Assembly (NCBI GenBank): GCA_003427395.1
Contig: BFEA01000039.1
Coordinates: 4,524,847 to 4,588,846 of the forward strand
DNA from: Chara braunii
Taxonomy: Eukaryota; Plantae; Charophyceae
DNA: 64,000 nucleotides
Reading direction: 5' to 3'
A program made the position numbers and the translations under genes. The notes beneath the pieces were generated by a model, which worked only from the letters and a program-made list of their open reading frames with translations, made no database searches and was not told where the DNA came from. Positions 38,714-50,691 of the stretch are shown here, in pieces; within the stretch, counting starts at the first letter, position 1; each line of letters starts with the position of its first letter.

Positions 38714-39479
38714 AGACTCTCGTTACCTCTCTGGATGGTGCACAAGTGAAAAGCCGGTGTGTAAAGTGCAAAGCTGGTGGGCAAACGAGAAAAGTGAATG
38801 GCTAAGGCCGAAGAAGAAGAGGCCAGGATTAGGGAAGGCGACTCACTTGGTGGCTGCAAACTTCCAGAGTGACCGTCAAACATCGGGATTGAGCTATCGC
38901 ATGACGCACCTCTTAACCCTAGCCTTGAGTGTTTTCAATTCCGCATGACTGTTTGCTGGTGTCTTTCTTGGCGACTTCGCTGCTGGTCGTACTAGGTCTT
39001 AGGTCGCTCAGGTAGGCGATCCATGGTCTAGATAGGTAGCGTCAACCTGCCGAAGGCAAAGCGTGTAAAGTAACTGCACAGGCATGAGCAGCGGACACTC
39101 GTTAAACAACCTGTCTAGCTCTAGGACTGGTACTGAGCAGCATGGTGAACCACGATAGCACGAGCGCTGCCCGATCTAAGTGTTGAGGGGGAGTGTTGGC
39201 TGCATCCAGCCACGTTATCCTGTTTGCGACCTTAAATAATTCCAGAGAACTGTGCAGCCGGTCCTTCAACTGGCTGTTGGCTGGGCAACGGGTGTTCTCC
39301 ATAACCCCGTAGCAAGCGTCAAGAGTCGTTGACAATCTGGGCAAAGTCAACAAATTTCAGGTCTTCTAGTTGGTAGGCCTATGAGGTGAGGTGTGGAAGC
39401 GTCCCTTTCCCCCCCCTTCCCCTTTGAAAACCAGTCCCTCCGCTAGAAGGGGTGATAAGAGCACCCCCTTCTAGACACT

Positions 39480-40500
39480 TCATGGATGCTATTACAGGCC
39501 CTCAGCCACAAGGTAAGGGAGAAGAGCACCTAGTGGAGGATAGCAGCCAGGCCGAGGCACAAATCAGTGACCTGAAAACTAAGCTGCAGCAGGCGGAGAA
39601 GAGGGAGGAGGAGTTAGCGCAGCAACAGAAAGCCATGGCTGAGCCCTTCGTGCCAGTCTCAGGGCCAATATATCAGCAAAAGAGATAGAGGGGGATGCCG
39701 CCATAGCCACCATAGCCGTTGATAACGCCGAGAGTATGGACGGACTGCGCCTAGCAGACGGGAAGCTGCATGAGGAACCGAAGAGGGAGACAAAGCGGCA
39801 GTTCAAGGGTCGGGTAAGGGAATTGCTGACTCACTCTTCAAATTCTTCAGGAAGATCAACCGAGGAAGGACAAGGGCGTGGTGGAGGCGGCGGATGAGAC
39901 GGAGGAGATGGAAAAAGTGATGGCAAGGGATGAGGAAAGGCGAGAGGACCCGCCGGTGCAGGAGAAGATAGCCAGCCACAAGGGATACAAAAAAAAGTAG
40001 GATGAAGGTGAAGCTCTCCTTTACTTACCATGGGAGGAAGGATGGAAATCTACTGGGTTGGGACTCGGGAGGCCACCGCCAGAACTTACGTGCACGTGCA
40101 GAGCATCGAGGAGGAGGACAAGATTGTGGCCATTAGCATGGTCATGGAGAGTGATTGGTTGACATGGCTGCGCTCACAAGCACAGGCAGCCTGGTTTGAG
40201 AGCAACGTTATAGCACATTCCCGGAATACTTATTTTGAGGACTTTATGAGGGTACAGATGGACAGATTTACAGACAGGAACAAAGCTCTCAAAGCCTCTG
40301 ACGCCATACTTAACATAGAAGAGTATGGACCTGAAAGCCAAAGTAGACGGCTACAAACAGGTACCCAGCCGGGCCAGCCACGGCGTGACGGACTCCCAAA
40401 TCCTCCACCACTTGGCCCTGCCTGATGCTATCAGGAACAACTTAGCTTTAGAAGCTAGATGGGCAGGGCAGACCTACAACGCCTTCTCAAAAAAGAGCTC
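39480..40500 (+). pseudogene. Degenerate gag-like region of an LTR (Ty3/gypsy-like) retrotransposon
   Basis: Broken coiled-coil and capsid-like frames (..DFMRVQMDRFTDRNKALKASDAILNI..) downstream of the PBS. Confidence 0.4.
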
Positions 40501-42121
40501 TTGAGACGGAGGCTTACATGAAGCCTAACCGCTTCCCCCTGTTCAGGAATCTGTCTTGAGGGAAGAAGTTTAGGGGACCATAGCCTATAGGGTGAGGGGC
40601 AAAGACAATCTGCTCCTTACCTAAGAGGAAGGAGGAGGAGACACCGTTCCCTACAAAGTCACGGCACTTCTGTCACTGGGACTGAGGCAGGCCCGTCGGC
40701 ACAGACACGAATATGACGAGGAAAGTCTGCGACAACATCGCAGGTAATGATCTCTGTGTCACTCCTGGGATCCGAGGAGGGTGGTCGTTTCCCAGAGGCG
40801 ACGCTTAGCTGGTGGTTCAAGGGTCGATGGTGCTCACAGTATGTAAGGGTAAGAGTACCTGCCTTCTGGCAGACTGGTGGTACACAGATACAAGTTTTGA
40901 TAGACAGGTCATGAGTTCAAATCCTGCTGGATACAATGAGGTTAGGGGCTACCTATTCCTCTTTTCCATCCATAATAAGACAAGCAAAAGAAAAAGCAAG
41001 TACGAGGGTAAGAGTAGGAAGGAAGGGGGAAGCAAAATATATGTATGTACTATGTATGTCCATTTACTTTAAGGCCCAAACATGCTTCCGCTGAAATCCT
41101 CCTATTATACGAGTCTCATAGTGTTAGCTCAATTTAGGCCGATCAACATAACGGCAAGACAATCATAACAAGTGAGAAGTGCAACCAGCCTAGCTGGTAG
41201 TGTGTAGTTGAGCAAGGCTGGTGCTTTTGGAAAAAGCACATGATTTATTAGCCGAGGCTCCAAGATTTGCTCCCGACTTCTCATCAAGACAGAACATAAC
41301 TCAGGTTTCCCTCCCTCCCTCCCCCCCCCTCACAACTCNNNNNNNNNNNNNNNNNNNNNNNNNNNNNNNNNNNNNNNNNNNNNNNNNNNNNNNNNNNNNN
41401 NNNNNNNNNNNNNNNNNNNNNNNNNNNNNNNNNNNNNNNNNNNNNNNNNNNNNNNNNNNNNNNNNNNNNNNNNNNNNNNNNNNNNNNNNNNNNNNNNNNN
41501 NNNNNNNNNNNNNNNNNNNNNNNNNNNNNNNNNNNNNNNNNNNNNNNNNNNNNNNNNNNNNNNNNNNNNNNNNNNNNNNNNNNNNNNNNNNNNNNNNNNN
41601 NNNNNNNNNNNNNNNNNNNNNNNNNNNNNNNNNNNNNNNNNNNNNNNNNNNNNNNNNNNNNNNNNNNNNNNNNNNNNNNNNNNNNNNNNNNNNNNNNNNN
41701 NNNNNNNNNNNNNNNNNNNNNNNNNNNNNNNNNNNNNNNNNNNNNNNNNNNNNNNNNNNNNNNNNNNNNNNNNNNNNNNNNNNNNNNNNNNNNNNNNNNN
41801 NNNNNNNNNNNNNNNNNNNNNNNNNNNNNNNNNNNNNNNNNNNNNNNNNNNNNNNNNNNNNNNNNNNNNNNNNNNNNNNNNNNNNNNNNNNNNNNNNNNN
41901 NNNNNNNNNNNNNNNNNNNNNNNNNNNNNNNNNNNNNNNNNNNNNNNNNNNNNNNNNNNNNNNNNNNNNNNNNNNNNNNNNNNNNNNNNNNNNCTCCCCC
42001 CTCCCTCCTCCCTTCCTACTTCCCTCCCTCTCCAGCTCCCTCCTCCCTCCCCACTTCCCTCCCTCCCTCACTCACTCACACACTCGCTTGCTCATTCACT
42101 CTCTCCCAACCAGTCACTCAC

Positions 42122-42223
42122 TCTTCCAGGTAGACCTCTCAAATACGCTTGCCAGCGTTCACCGGGCACACTCTTGATGTCTTGCCATGAGGGTGTCCCT
42201 ATAACATTGAAAATGACATCCAT
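42122..42223 (-). CDS. Atypical MAPK-like kinase exon (subdomain X)
   Basis: MDVIFNVIGTPSWQDIKSVPGERWQAYLRGLPGR with AG/GTGAGT, 34 codons. Confidence 0.9.
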
Positions 42224-42374
42224 CTGCACAAGCAAAAGCCAGCCAGTGAAGCACCATGCGCACAATGGGCACAACCACCACAACAATAAGCTTATATGCA
42301 AGTCAACAATCTGACCAAATTGATGTGGCTCAAGTAGAATCCATAATACAACACAAGTAAAGCCATTGCCGCTA

Positions 42375-42474
42375 GTCCTTCGGGACATCCGTTAAAATTG
42401 GAACGATACAGAGAGAGAAGATAAGCATGGCCCTGCGCAAGGATGAAAAACGAGAAATGGTCCAATAAAAAAAG
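42375..42474 (+). pseudogene. U6 snRNA processed pseudogene with A-tail and 16-bp TSD
   Basis: GTCCTTCGGGACATCCGTTAAAATTGGAACGATACAGAGA..GCATGGCCCTGCGCAAGGATGA..GAGAAATGGTCCAA. TSD AAAGCCATTGC(C/G)GCTA at 42359-42374 and 42475-42490. Confidence 0.93.
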
Positions 42475-42538
42475 AAAGCCATTGCGGCTACACCCGCACA
42501 CATGGAAAACAACAGGGAGATATCCATGGTCTAACTGT

Positions 42539-42589
<51 letters not shown>

Positions 42590-44155
42590 GACAGAGTGCA
42601 CTTCGCCAAGCAGGTTTGTGTGCAGCCCATATATTGCCAGAACTCGGCGTGCGTTTTTTGCTGAGTGTGAACCGACCTCTGACCCCACCGCTGAGAGAGA
42701 GATCAGGAGTGCACTCTGCGACACGCGCGTGAGACAGAGAGCACACTTCGCCACGCCCGTTATCCTCTGCGCTGCCCAGGAAGGTAAATACTGTCACGTC
42801 GCAAACTCGCCTATTTACTTTTTTTTTTTGAGCTGAGCGAGTCTGGGCTGCCCATAAAACTGGCTCCCCGAATTGCACTCTCTCTGGGCTTCCCTCCACT
42901 CCCGACATGCACAAAAGACAAATAATATGGCAGTGTATCTTTCCATGTTCTGGCGGAGGATTCAGACTCATTTTGCACCTTTTGAGAGTAGTGCAGTGAC
43001 CCGCTGTTGGCACGGGGCCTCACCGCACGGCACACAAAACAAAAGAAAATCGAATGCATCCGGTGACAGAAGGTGGAACAATACATTTGTTACTATTACA
43101 TAGTAGAGTTGGATCCATCCTTCCATTTTCTGCTGGCAGATTCACTGGGTTCGTTTTTGTTTCGTGTGCAGGGCGGCGAGGCCCACTATCCAGAGAGGAA
43201 AATGTCCACGATCCTGCCTGAACAAACTAAAGCAGATAGCGCATTTCCTTTCTGGATGACGCATGAGCCCCAATTTAGTTTTTTTTTTCTTGGGTTTTAC
43301 TTGTTGGGAATATTTTTTCTCAGCGCCATTCGAATTCAGCCAATGCCGCCACAAACCCTTAGTGATTTCCAGGACTCAACCCACGTTTCCATCCGTTCTT
43401 TTGAGGGGCACCGTGGATAGGATCCGGAACATGCGTTGCTCATCGGACGGCCAATATACAAAACGGCAGAATCTGGTCCCGACCGTAGGAACTTTAATAG
43501 AATGTAGTAGATGGAGTAGATGGAGTAGCTGGAGTAGATGAAGTAGATGTAGTAGACATGGACTCACAGTGTGCACAGCACATCCCATGACAGGAAGCCT
43601 ACAAGTCAAGAGTGTGCAGCCTCTTTATTAGGCGTTTTTGCCTTTTTTTTTTTAACTTGCCCTGATCATAACAACATACAGATGTAGCTGGTGTTTGGTC
43701 CATTTCGCTATCCAGTGCCCAATCAATCAAGATTCAAGAGACTCCGTAAGCTTTACTTTCCATTGCCATGATGTTCAGGCAGGGCGGTGGACACGCTGGC
43801 TGAATACCTTTTTTTTTTTGTTTTTTTGAAAAAAAGATCCATCTATTGGTGGGGAGCAGCACCTGGCTGAATACCAGGTAAAAGCATCCAAGTTGATCCA
43901 ACGGATTCCAACCTCAAGGTTGTTCTGCATGGGATGGCTTGCTCCTTCCCCAATTACTGAGCAGTCCAATGTCTGGCTTGCAAAATAATGCAAGAGGGGC
44001 CAGTGCAGCTCCACCTGCATGAAAGGTGAAAGGCAGTTGGGTGTGGTGCAATCACAAGGTCCACCAGCCCAATGTCTTGCTCGGAAAATAATAAATAAAA
44101 GAGGGGCCGGCGCAGTTCCTACTGAAAGGGAGTCAGGTGCGATGGAATCATAGGG

Positions 44156-44730
44156 GCCAGCAGCCGCGGTAACTCCAGCTACAATATCATTATTATAATA
44201 TTATCATATATTTAAGTTGTTGCAGTTAAACCACCAGAAGCCTCCCCCAGAAACTTGAGAATTAAAATTGACGCAATCTGAAGATTTCGGATGAACAGTG
44301 CTACTGGACCAAAATGGCTGGTGGCACCAGGCAAAAGAGGAAAAAAGTTCGAAAAACTTTACTGCTGACAGCCCATTTTCCTTTGGGGCGAAGTGCAAAT
44401 CCGCATTGGGAAAAACAGCCTAGGAGTCGAGGAGGTATTGGTCGTTTAAAATGCTCGTAGTTGGATTTTGGGTGGGAGGGCTCGGTTCGCTCTTGCAGGT
44501 GTCCAGTGTCCACTGGCCCTTTTAGCTGTCTTGGTGGGGGATGCACTCTTGCCTTCATTGGTATACTCTAGGGTAGGGTACGGTTGGCTATACCCTACAG
44601 TACGGCAGGGTAGGGTATGGTTTAAAATGCTCGTAGTTGGATTTTGGGTGGGAAGGGTCAGTCCGCTCTTGCAGATGTCCACTGGCTGTTTTAGCTCTCT
44701 TGGTGGGGATACGCTCTTGCATTCGTTGGT
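44156..44730 (+). pseudogene. Degenerate nuclear 18S rRNA fragment (start of V4), split by a MITE and partly tandem-duplicated
   Basis: GCCAGCAGCCGCGGTAA.TCCAGCT...TATATTTAAGTTGTTGCAGTTAA resumes after the MITE as AATGCTCGTAGTTGGATTT.GGGTGGG. A second copy starts at 44621 (176-bp period). Confidence 0.85.
44230..44445. mobile_element. TTAA-flanked MITE inserted in the 18S fragment
   Basis: TTAA-ACCACCAGAAGCCTCC ... GGAGGTATTGGTCGT-TTAA. The ancestral 18S has a single GCAGTTAAAAAGCTCG. Confidence 0.8.
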
Positions 44731-44852
44731 ATACTCTAGGGTAGGGCAGGGTTGGGTATACCCCAGGCTACGGCAGGGTAGGGAATATACACTAGGGTAG
44801 CATTGGGTACGTTATATCCTAGGGCAGGATAGGGGAGAGCAAGCTAACCAGC

Positions 44853-44928
<76 letters not shown>

Positions 44929-45769
44929 GTACGTACGTATGTACGGAGTGACGGAGCGACGGACAGACAGAGAGAGACATGCACACACACACACACACAC
45001 ACAGAGGGAGGGAGGAAGACAGATAGACCGATCGACCGACAGACAGACAGACCAATCGACTGACAGACATACATACCGATCGACCAACAGACAGACAGAT
45101 GGAGAGAGAGAGAGAGAGAGAGAGTGAGAGAGAGAGCATGAGGGGAAGAGAAAAGCGGCGGAGGAAAGAAGGGGGAGAGAGTGCGAGAGAGAGAGAGAGC
45201 CTGAGGGAAAGAGAAAAGCGGAGGAGGAGGGGAGGGGGGGAGAGTGCGAGAGAGAGAGACGCCGAATGAGAGGAAGGGTCTCGGCATCGACTACGCAAGA
45301 ATGACCAAAGAATACACGTTGAATAACCACAAAACTTGAAAAAAGGGTTTTGGCAACTGAACTCACGTTTTCAACCGTTGTTCAACACCATCGGCGATCA
45401 GAAACCCGCAGTCAGCCAGCGGACTTGACATGAGTAGAGGCACGCCTGGCTGATAAGCTTTAGTGTTCTTAGTATTCTGAATCACCTGGCGCCAGTAAGT
45501 TCAACGATGATCTCTTCAGGCCGTCCCCCTTTTAAAAGAAAAAAATAAAATAAAAAAAGCATTTCAAAAAATCCATATTGACTCAACCAGTCGGCAAACT
45601 CTCTCTCCCTCTCCCAACATACAGACAGACACAGGCGATCTCAAACTCGAATACAACTGTTTCCAGCAGAAAGAAAAGAGCTATGACAGCAGGAAAGAAC
45701 GAAATGCCTTGTACGTGTCTGTTTTCAATCAACAGGCCCAGCTCAGTTGGTACAGGCATGAACTCTTAA

Positions 45770-45955
45770 ACCAACAGTACCTCGGCCAGACAAACTTCAG
45801 AATCGAAATCGCCCACCATTTTGGTTCTTTCCCGACCAAAATGTCTGACAGCGCGAGCCAAAAAGGAAAAGAAGTGTGCTGCTGCCGGTCCGTTATTTCT
45901 CTCGCATGCAGTGCAAATCCGCACTTGGAAAAAGAGGCTCCAAGGTACTGGTGGT
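45770..45955. mobile_element. TTAA-flanked MITE inserted in a tRNA-like SINE head
   Basis: TTAA-ACCAACAGTACCTCGG ... CCAAGGTACTGGTGGT-TTAA. The flanks rejoin as A-box AGCTCAGTTGG ... B-box GAGTTTGAATCC. Confidence 0.75.
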
Positions 45956-47125
45956 TTAAAATACAGACCTGAGTTTGAATCCAGATGAATATCATTGTCG
46001 AACCGACTGGCCCCAGGTATTTCAGAAATTAATAAATTAAAAAATAATAATAATATATATATTAATTTATCGACTTCTGAAACACATGGGGCCAGTCAGT
46101 TCTACAGTGATATATCAAGGGCGTACTCTTTTAAAAGAACAAAAATAAATCGAAAAATACCCAGAGACGGGGCCATACGAGACTATTTGCAGGAAAAAAT
46201 AAAAATAAAAAAAATCCATATGGAGACAGACACAGGCTCTCTCAAACTCAAATACAATTGTGATCGGCAGAGAGGAAAGCGCTATGACAGCAGGACAGAA
46301 AGAAAAAGGTGTGTGGCACTGCATGCCATCATACATGCCTGTTCGTGGAGGAGAGTTGAGATGTTGTGTACATATGTTGCACCTTCCTCCGGGGTTGCTG
46401 GCTCACCTCTGCACGCACCAACACACACACACAGTCCAGCACTCCACTGCGTTTAGGAAAACATTTAGCATTTATGATTTATTAGATCTGGTAAATAACC
46501 GGACCAGGATCTGTGTTTCTGCAGGATGCTAATAAACTCAAATAAAGTGTTGTAACTTGTACGTTGTAACTCACCCTAAATAGTAAATAGTAAATAGTAA
46601 ATACACACTTATGGAAGCGGCGCATGCAAAGCAATAAGTGAGTGTGCACGAGCACGTTTCCTCAGTGGAGGGAATGACAAGCATGAGTGTAAACAGCAGA
46701 GCTTTCAAAGGAACGTCGAACAGAAGAATGAGTGCACGAAATCTTAAACAAAGTCTCTTAAAAAAAGCCCGCCTGTGTAAATGACCATCCATTGCAGACA
46801 GCAATCATTGATGATAAGGAAAGCTGAAGAAGATATGCTTTGGTGATGCCTTAAGGTGACAGTCTGTGCCTGTAATCAGTGTAATGTAAGAAGGCAGAAG
46901 CCAATGAGATTTGGTCCAGCCAGTCACATATTACGATTAGCCTCTGAGTAATTTTACTAATTTTGTCATGATATAGGAGCTTCAAGGAAAATACCAGGTA
47001 AATCACACCGCCGCGCCGTGGCGATGGGAAAAATGAGCTGAATGCTACACACATGTAACTGTTTATAAACAGCTCAAGAGCTCAAATCCAGTTATTAGTA
47101 CTTGTTAAGTTATTACAGTAATGCT

Positions 47126-47171
<46 letters not shown>

Positions 47172-47518
47172 AACACAAGGCCCCTTCTGTTCTGGGGGGC
47201 AACAGTCCGGTTACTTTACCACAAAAAAAAAAAATAGAGAGGGAGAAAAGAACTAACACAGAGTCTTCTAGACGGAGTTGCCAAACTATGTGTGTGACAA
47301 TGTGTGATCAGGACCTTCAGCTGCGGACCAAGGACTCCCCGTCTCCCACTTCTCTCATCTTGTGACATTGGCGAGGTGAGAAGCAATGCCTCACTGCCCG
47401 ATAAACGGATCAACTTGCCCTCTCCAGCCCTCTCCAGCCCTCTCCACCCCCTCCTCTCACTCCCCCCCTCCTGCTCGCTATGCCTATGATGGCAAATGAT
47501 GCATGTTTCATAGCTCAC

Positions 47519-47583
47519 CGTAGTCCAAAGAGGGGTCTTGGAGGCCCGAGGCGGTTTTGATCTTTCTGTCTTTGTATGAGCTC
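47519..47583 (-). CDS. Atypical MAPK-like kinase exon (end of subdomain IX)
   Basis: ELIQRQKDQNRLGPPRPLFGL(R) with AG/GTGAGC. It ends in phase 2, so at least one unlocated exon lies before 42223. Confidence 0.8.
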
Positions 47584-48253
47584 CTGCAACATACAACACA
47601 CAAAGCAGGATAAACAACCAAAAGTATTTCTCTATTAGAAAAAAGACAATATAAATGAGACCCGGGTTGAAGATAAGAGACACAGATTGAAGATACCAAA
47701 TCACATGCGTGTAGAATGTGCTCTTCGCACTCCAGCAGACAGATTGAAGATGAGAGAGGACATGCGTTTGTAGCATGTACCCTTGTCACTGGAGCAAACA
47801 AGGCTTCGAGAGGCTATTCCACCTCTTGCCCAGCAAATCTTCATAAGTTGTGAGTCATAAGACACGTAACAAAAACTTCGGCAAACACGGTCAGGGTTTT
47901 GTACATGCCTTGTTGCCAGTTTGCCTGCAATGAAGAGGATTGCTAGAAAAGAATGCAATTTCCGCAACCCAAAAAAAAAGAGGCAAAGAAAAACCTATTT
48001 TCCCCCAAAAAATAAGAAGTAAAGAGAAAATAAACGTGTATGAAGTACTATAAACTTTAGACCCCTAACCAAGAAGAGAAGACGAATGACCGTCTTCCCG
48101 ATTCTTCTCCTCCTCTCTCTCCTGCATCCCACTGTTCCCCCTTATCCTCCTCCTCCTCCTCCTCCTCCTCCACCTCTGTACACCGCATAGTTTCCTTCAT
48201 GATTGCTTCCTCTACCCTGTCCTCCTTTCTTTTGCATCCCAGAAAATAGACAT

Positions 48254-48313
<60 letters not shown>

Positions 48314-49046
48314 NNNNNNNNNNNNNNNNNNNNNNNNNNNNNNNNNNNCCTATTGTTTCTAAGTACTCTTTGTATGTTTGAGTGAGCACCTTTGAGAGGT
48401 GCCAAAGAGTAGGTGGTCCGTTGTTTGGAGTGCCTGCAGGACTCTTAGGGGATCCGCTCTGTTCGTAACGTCTGTGTGGTGCACATGGTCTATGGGTGAT
48501 ATTAGGCGTCCGCCAGAGTGACTCCCCTGGCTCAGTGGGTAGTGGGAACCAACAGTCTGCGGGGTTCACCCGTGATGTGAGTAGTTGATGAGCCGCTTTG
48601 CACCATGTTGGATGTGTGGACTGCCTTGTCTGCGCTCTGCCGCTGCCTTGCTGCCTGTCTTGCTTGTTTTGTGCGTCTTTCTTGGCAAGATGCTGTGTTC
48701 ACTGTGTAGTGTGGTTGTGGTCTTAATGTTACATTGTGCTTCACTTGTCTGCTGCCATGCTGCCCATCTGTGTGCCTTGTCTTCCGCGCCATTTGCTTGT
48801 GTGCCGTGTAGTTTGGCTGCCGTGCTGGTGCTGCCTTGTGCTTCACTGCATGGTCGCTGTGCTGCTCATTTGCTTGCCATGTCATTCCTTGCCGTTGCTT
48901 TTCACGATGAGCAGTCGTGTTGCCTCGGCAGCGTTGCCTGGTGCTTCGTTGAGTTGCTGCCCGCTGCTATGTTCCGCTTGGGAACAGTCTGCCTTCAACA
49001 AGGGTCAAATGGTTCATGACCCAAACCATCAACACGGAGATTCCGC

Positions 49047-49102
49047 AGATTGTTGAGGGTTCAGCCTCCTGATGAGTCGGTGCAACTCCGACGAAACAAT
49101 CT
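49047..49102 (+). ncRNA. Type III hammerhead ribozyme, apparently intact
   Basis: Stem III AGAUUGU/ACAAUCU, cleavage triplet GUU (after 49054), stem I GAGG/CCUC, core CUGAUGA 49069-49075, stem II GUCGG/CCGAC, GAAA 49093-49096. Confidence 0.85.
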
Positions 49103-49433
49103 TTCATCATCAGTTTTTTTTTTCTTTTTTTTCACTGTTGCTTTTTTTTTTAACTTGTACTTTTTCTTGTTTGTCGGTTGTTGTATTTTCCCTGCGTTTT
49201 TTTTGGTTGTGTGTTGTGTGCCCTCCCGCCTCCCCCGTGCTCCCCAACCTATGTGTCGCCTTGCCCTTGCTGTGTTTTCCCTGTCTGCTCCTTTTCTGCT
49301 GTTTATTGTCTTTTCCCTGCCCTTAAACTTGACTCCACTCAGATGCGTATTCTCATCCCGAGGTGCTGCGGTGGTATGGTGCATGGTCCTTTACCGTGCT
49401 GAGGCTAACTGCAATATGTGTTCACACACATCA

Positions 49434-49497
<64 letters not shown>

Positions 49498-49526
49498 ATA
49501 TGCCCCGCAGAGCAGTCACGATGACC

Positions 49527-50100
49527 AGCAGGCGATCAATAAACACATACAGAGTGCCAATCGGTCGCCCCAATTTCGCTTCCGGTGGTGGCACCTGCTT
49601 TAAGGTGTGACGGTGCAAAAGGGAAATGAATGATGGCCTGTCGGCCCTCCCCAGCTGCGTCAACTTTTTGAGCAGCCCCAAAACAAATCAGGAGGGCTGG
49701 TAGGCCTTCCCCAACTGGGCGGCAATCTGGGCCGCAAGCTGGGGCATGCTCACTTGAAGCCAGGCGATCAGGAAACACATACAGAGCGCCAATCGGTCGT
49801 CCCAATTTCACTTCCGCTCGCGGCACCTGTTTTCAGGTGTGACGCTGAAACAGGGAAACGGAACGACGGCCTGTCGGGCCTCCCCTGTGCCCATGAAGGG
49901 CCTTCCAGCCACGTCAACTTTTTCAGCAGCCCCCAAAACGGCCTTTTGGCTAGGACCAAGCGAAGTATCTGTTCTGATCAGTTTAATATCTGATCCGTGG
50001 TCCATCGGACCAAAAAACAAAAAAAAAAAACAGCAGGGCTGGTAGGCCTTCCCCAACTGGGTGGCAATCCGGGTCGCAAGCCGAGAGATGCTCATTTGAC
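49527..50100. repeat. Two diverged tandem copies of a ~235-bp unit; copy 2 carries the U2 insert
   Basis: CAGGCGATCA..AAACACATACAGAG.GCCAATCGGTCG...GGGCTGGTAGGCCTTCCCCAACTGGG...ATGCTCA occurs twice. Confidence 0.8.
49939..50030 (+). pseudogene. U2 snRNA retrocopy (nt ~11-84 plus A-tail), diverged
   Basis: CGGCCTTTTGGCTAG...GTATCTGTTCTGATCAGTTTAATATCTGATCCGTGGTCCATCGGACC followed by an A-rich tail. Confidence 0.88.
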
Positions 50101-50309
50101 ATCATCCTCACATTCCTCCAGATTATGACTGGCGATCACTCAGGAGGGCAACTAGAAACGAGGATTGCACTCGTTGCAGGTCTTAGCTGAACCTCTCACA
50201 ACAGGAGCTGACGACAGCCATGCACCACCTGTTCCTGAAGGAACGCCCTCTTTTCAGAGGGACTCGCAGCATGTCAAACCCTGGTAAGGTTCTTCGCGTT
50301 GCATCGAAT
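50096..50309 (-). pseudogene. Degenerate plastid-type 16S rRNA fragment (roughly E. coli 960-1200)
   Basis: Plus strand contains GAGCTGACGACAGCCATGCACCACCTGT, GCATGTCAAACCCTGGTAAGGTTCTTCGCGTTGCATCGAAT and TTGACATCATCCTCAC, with many substitutions and deletions. Confidence 0.85.
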
Positions 50310-50571
50310 GAGCACCTTTCAGGGGCCCAAATTGCGGGCCGATCACCGAAGTTCAAGACCGGCCCGCGATTTGGGTCGTTGTGCAAGGAAAGGCCCAGAT
50401 CGGCGGTCGATCACCAAAAAAATACGATCAGCCTGCCTTCTGCGCCCTCCGCAGATGCGAATGGCCCAGATTGGCAGTTAATCACCAAAGAAATAAGATC
50501 AGCCTGCAATCACGGCCCTCTGTGCATGTGAACAGCACAGATCGCGGGCCGATCTTCTTTTTGGGTGATCA

Positions 50572-50691
<120 letters not shown>

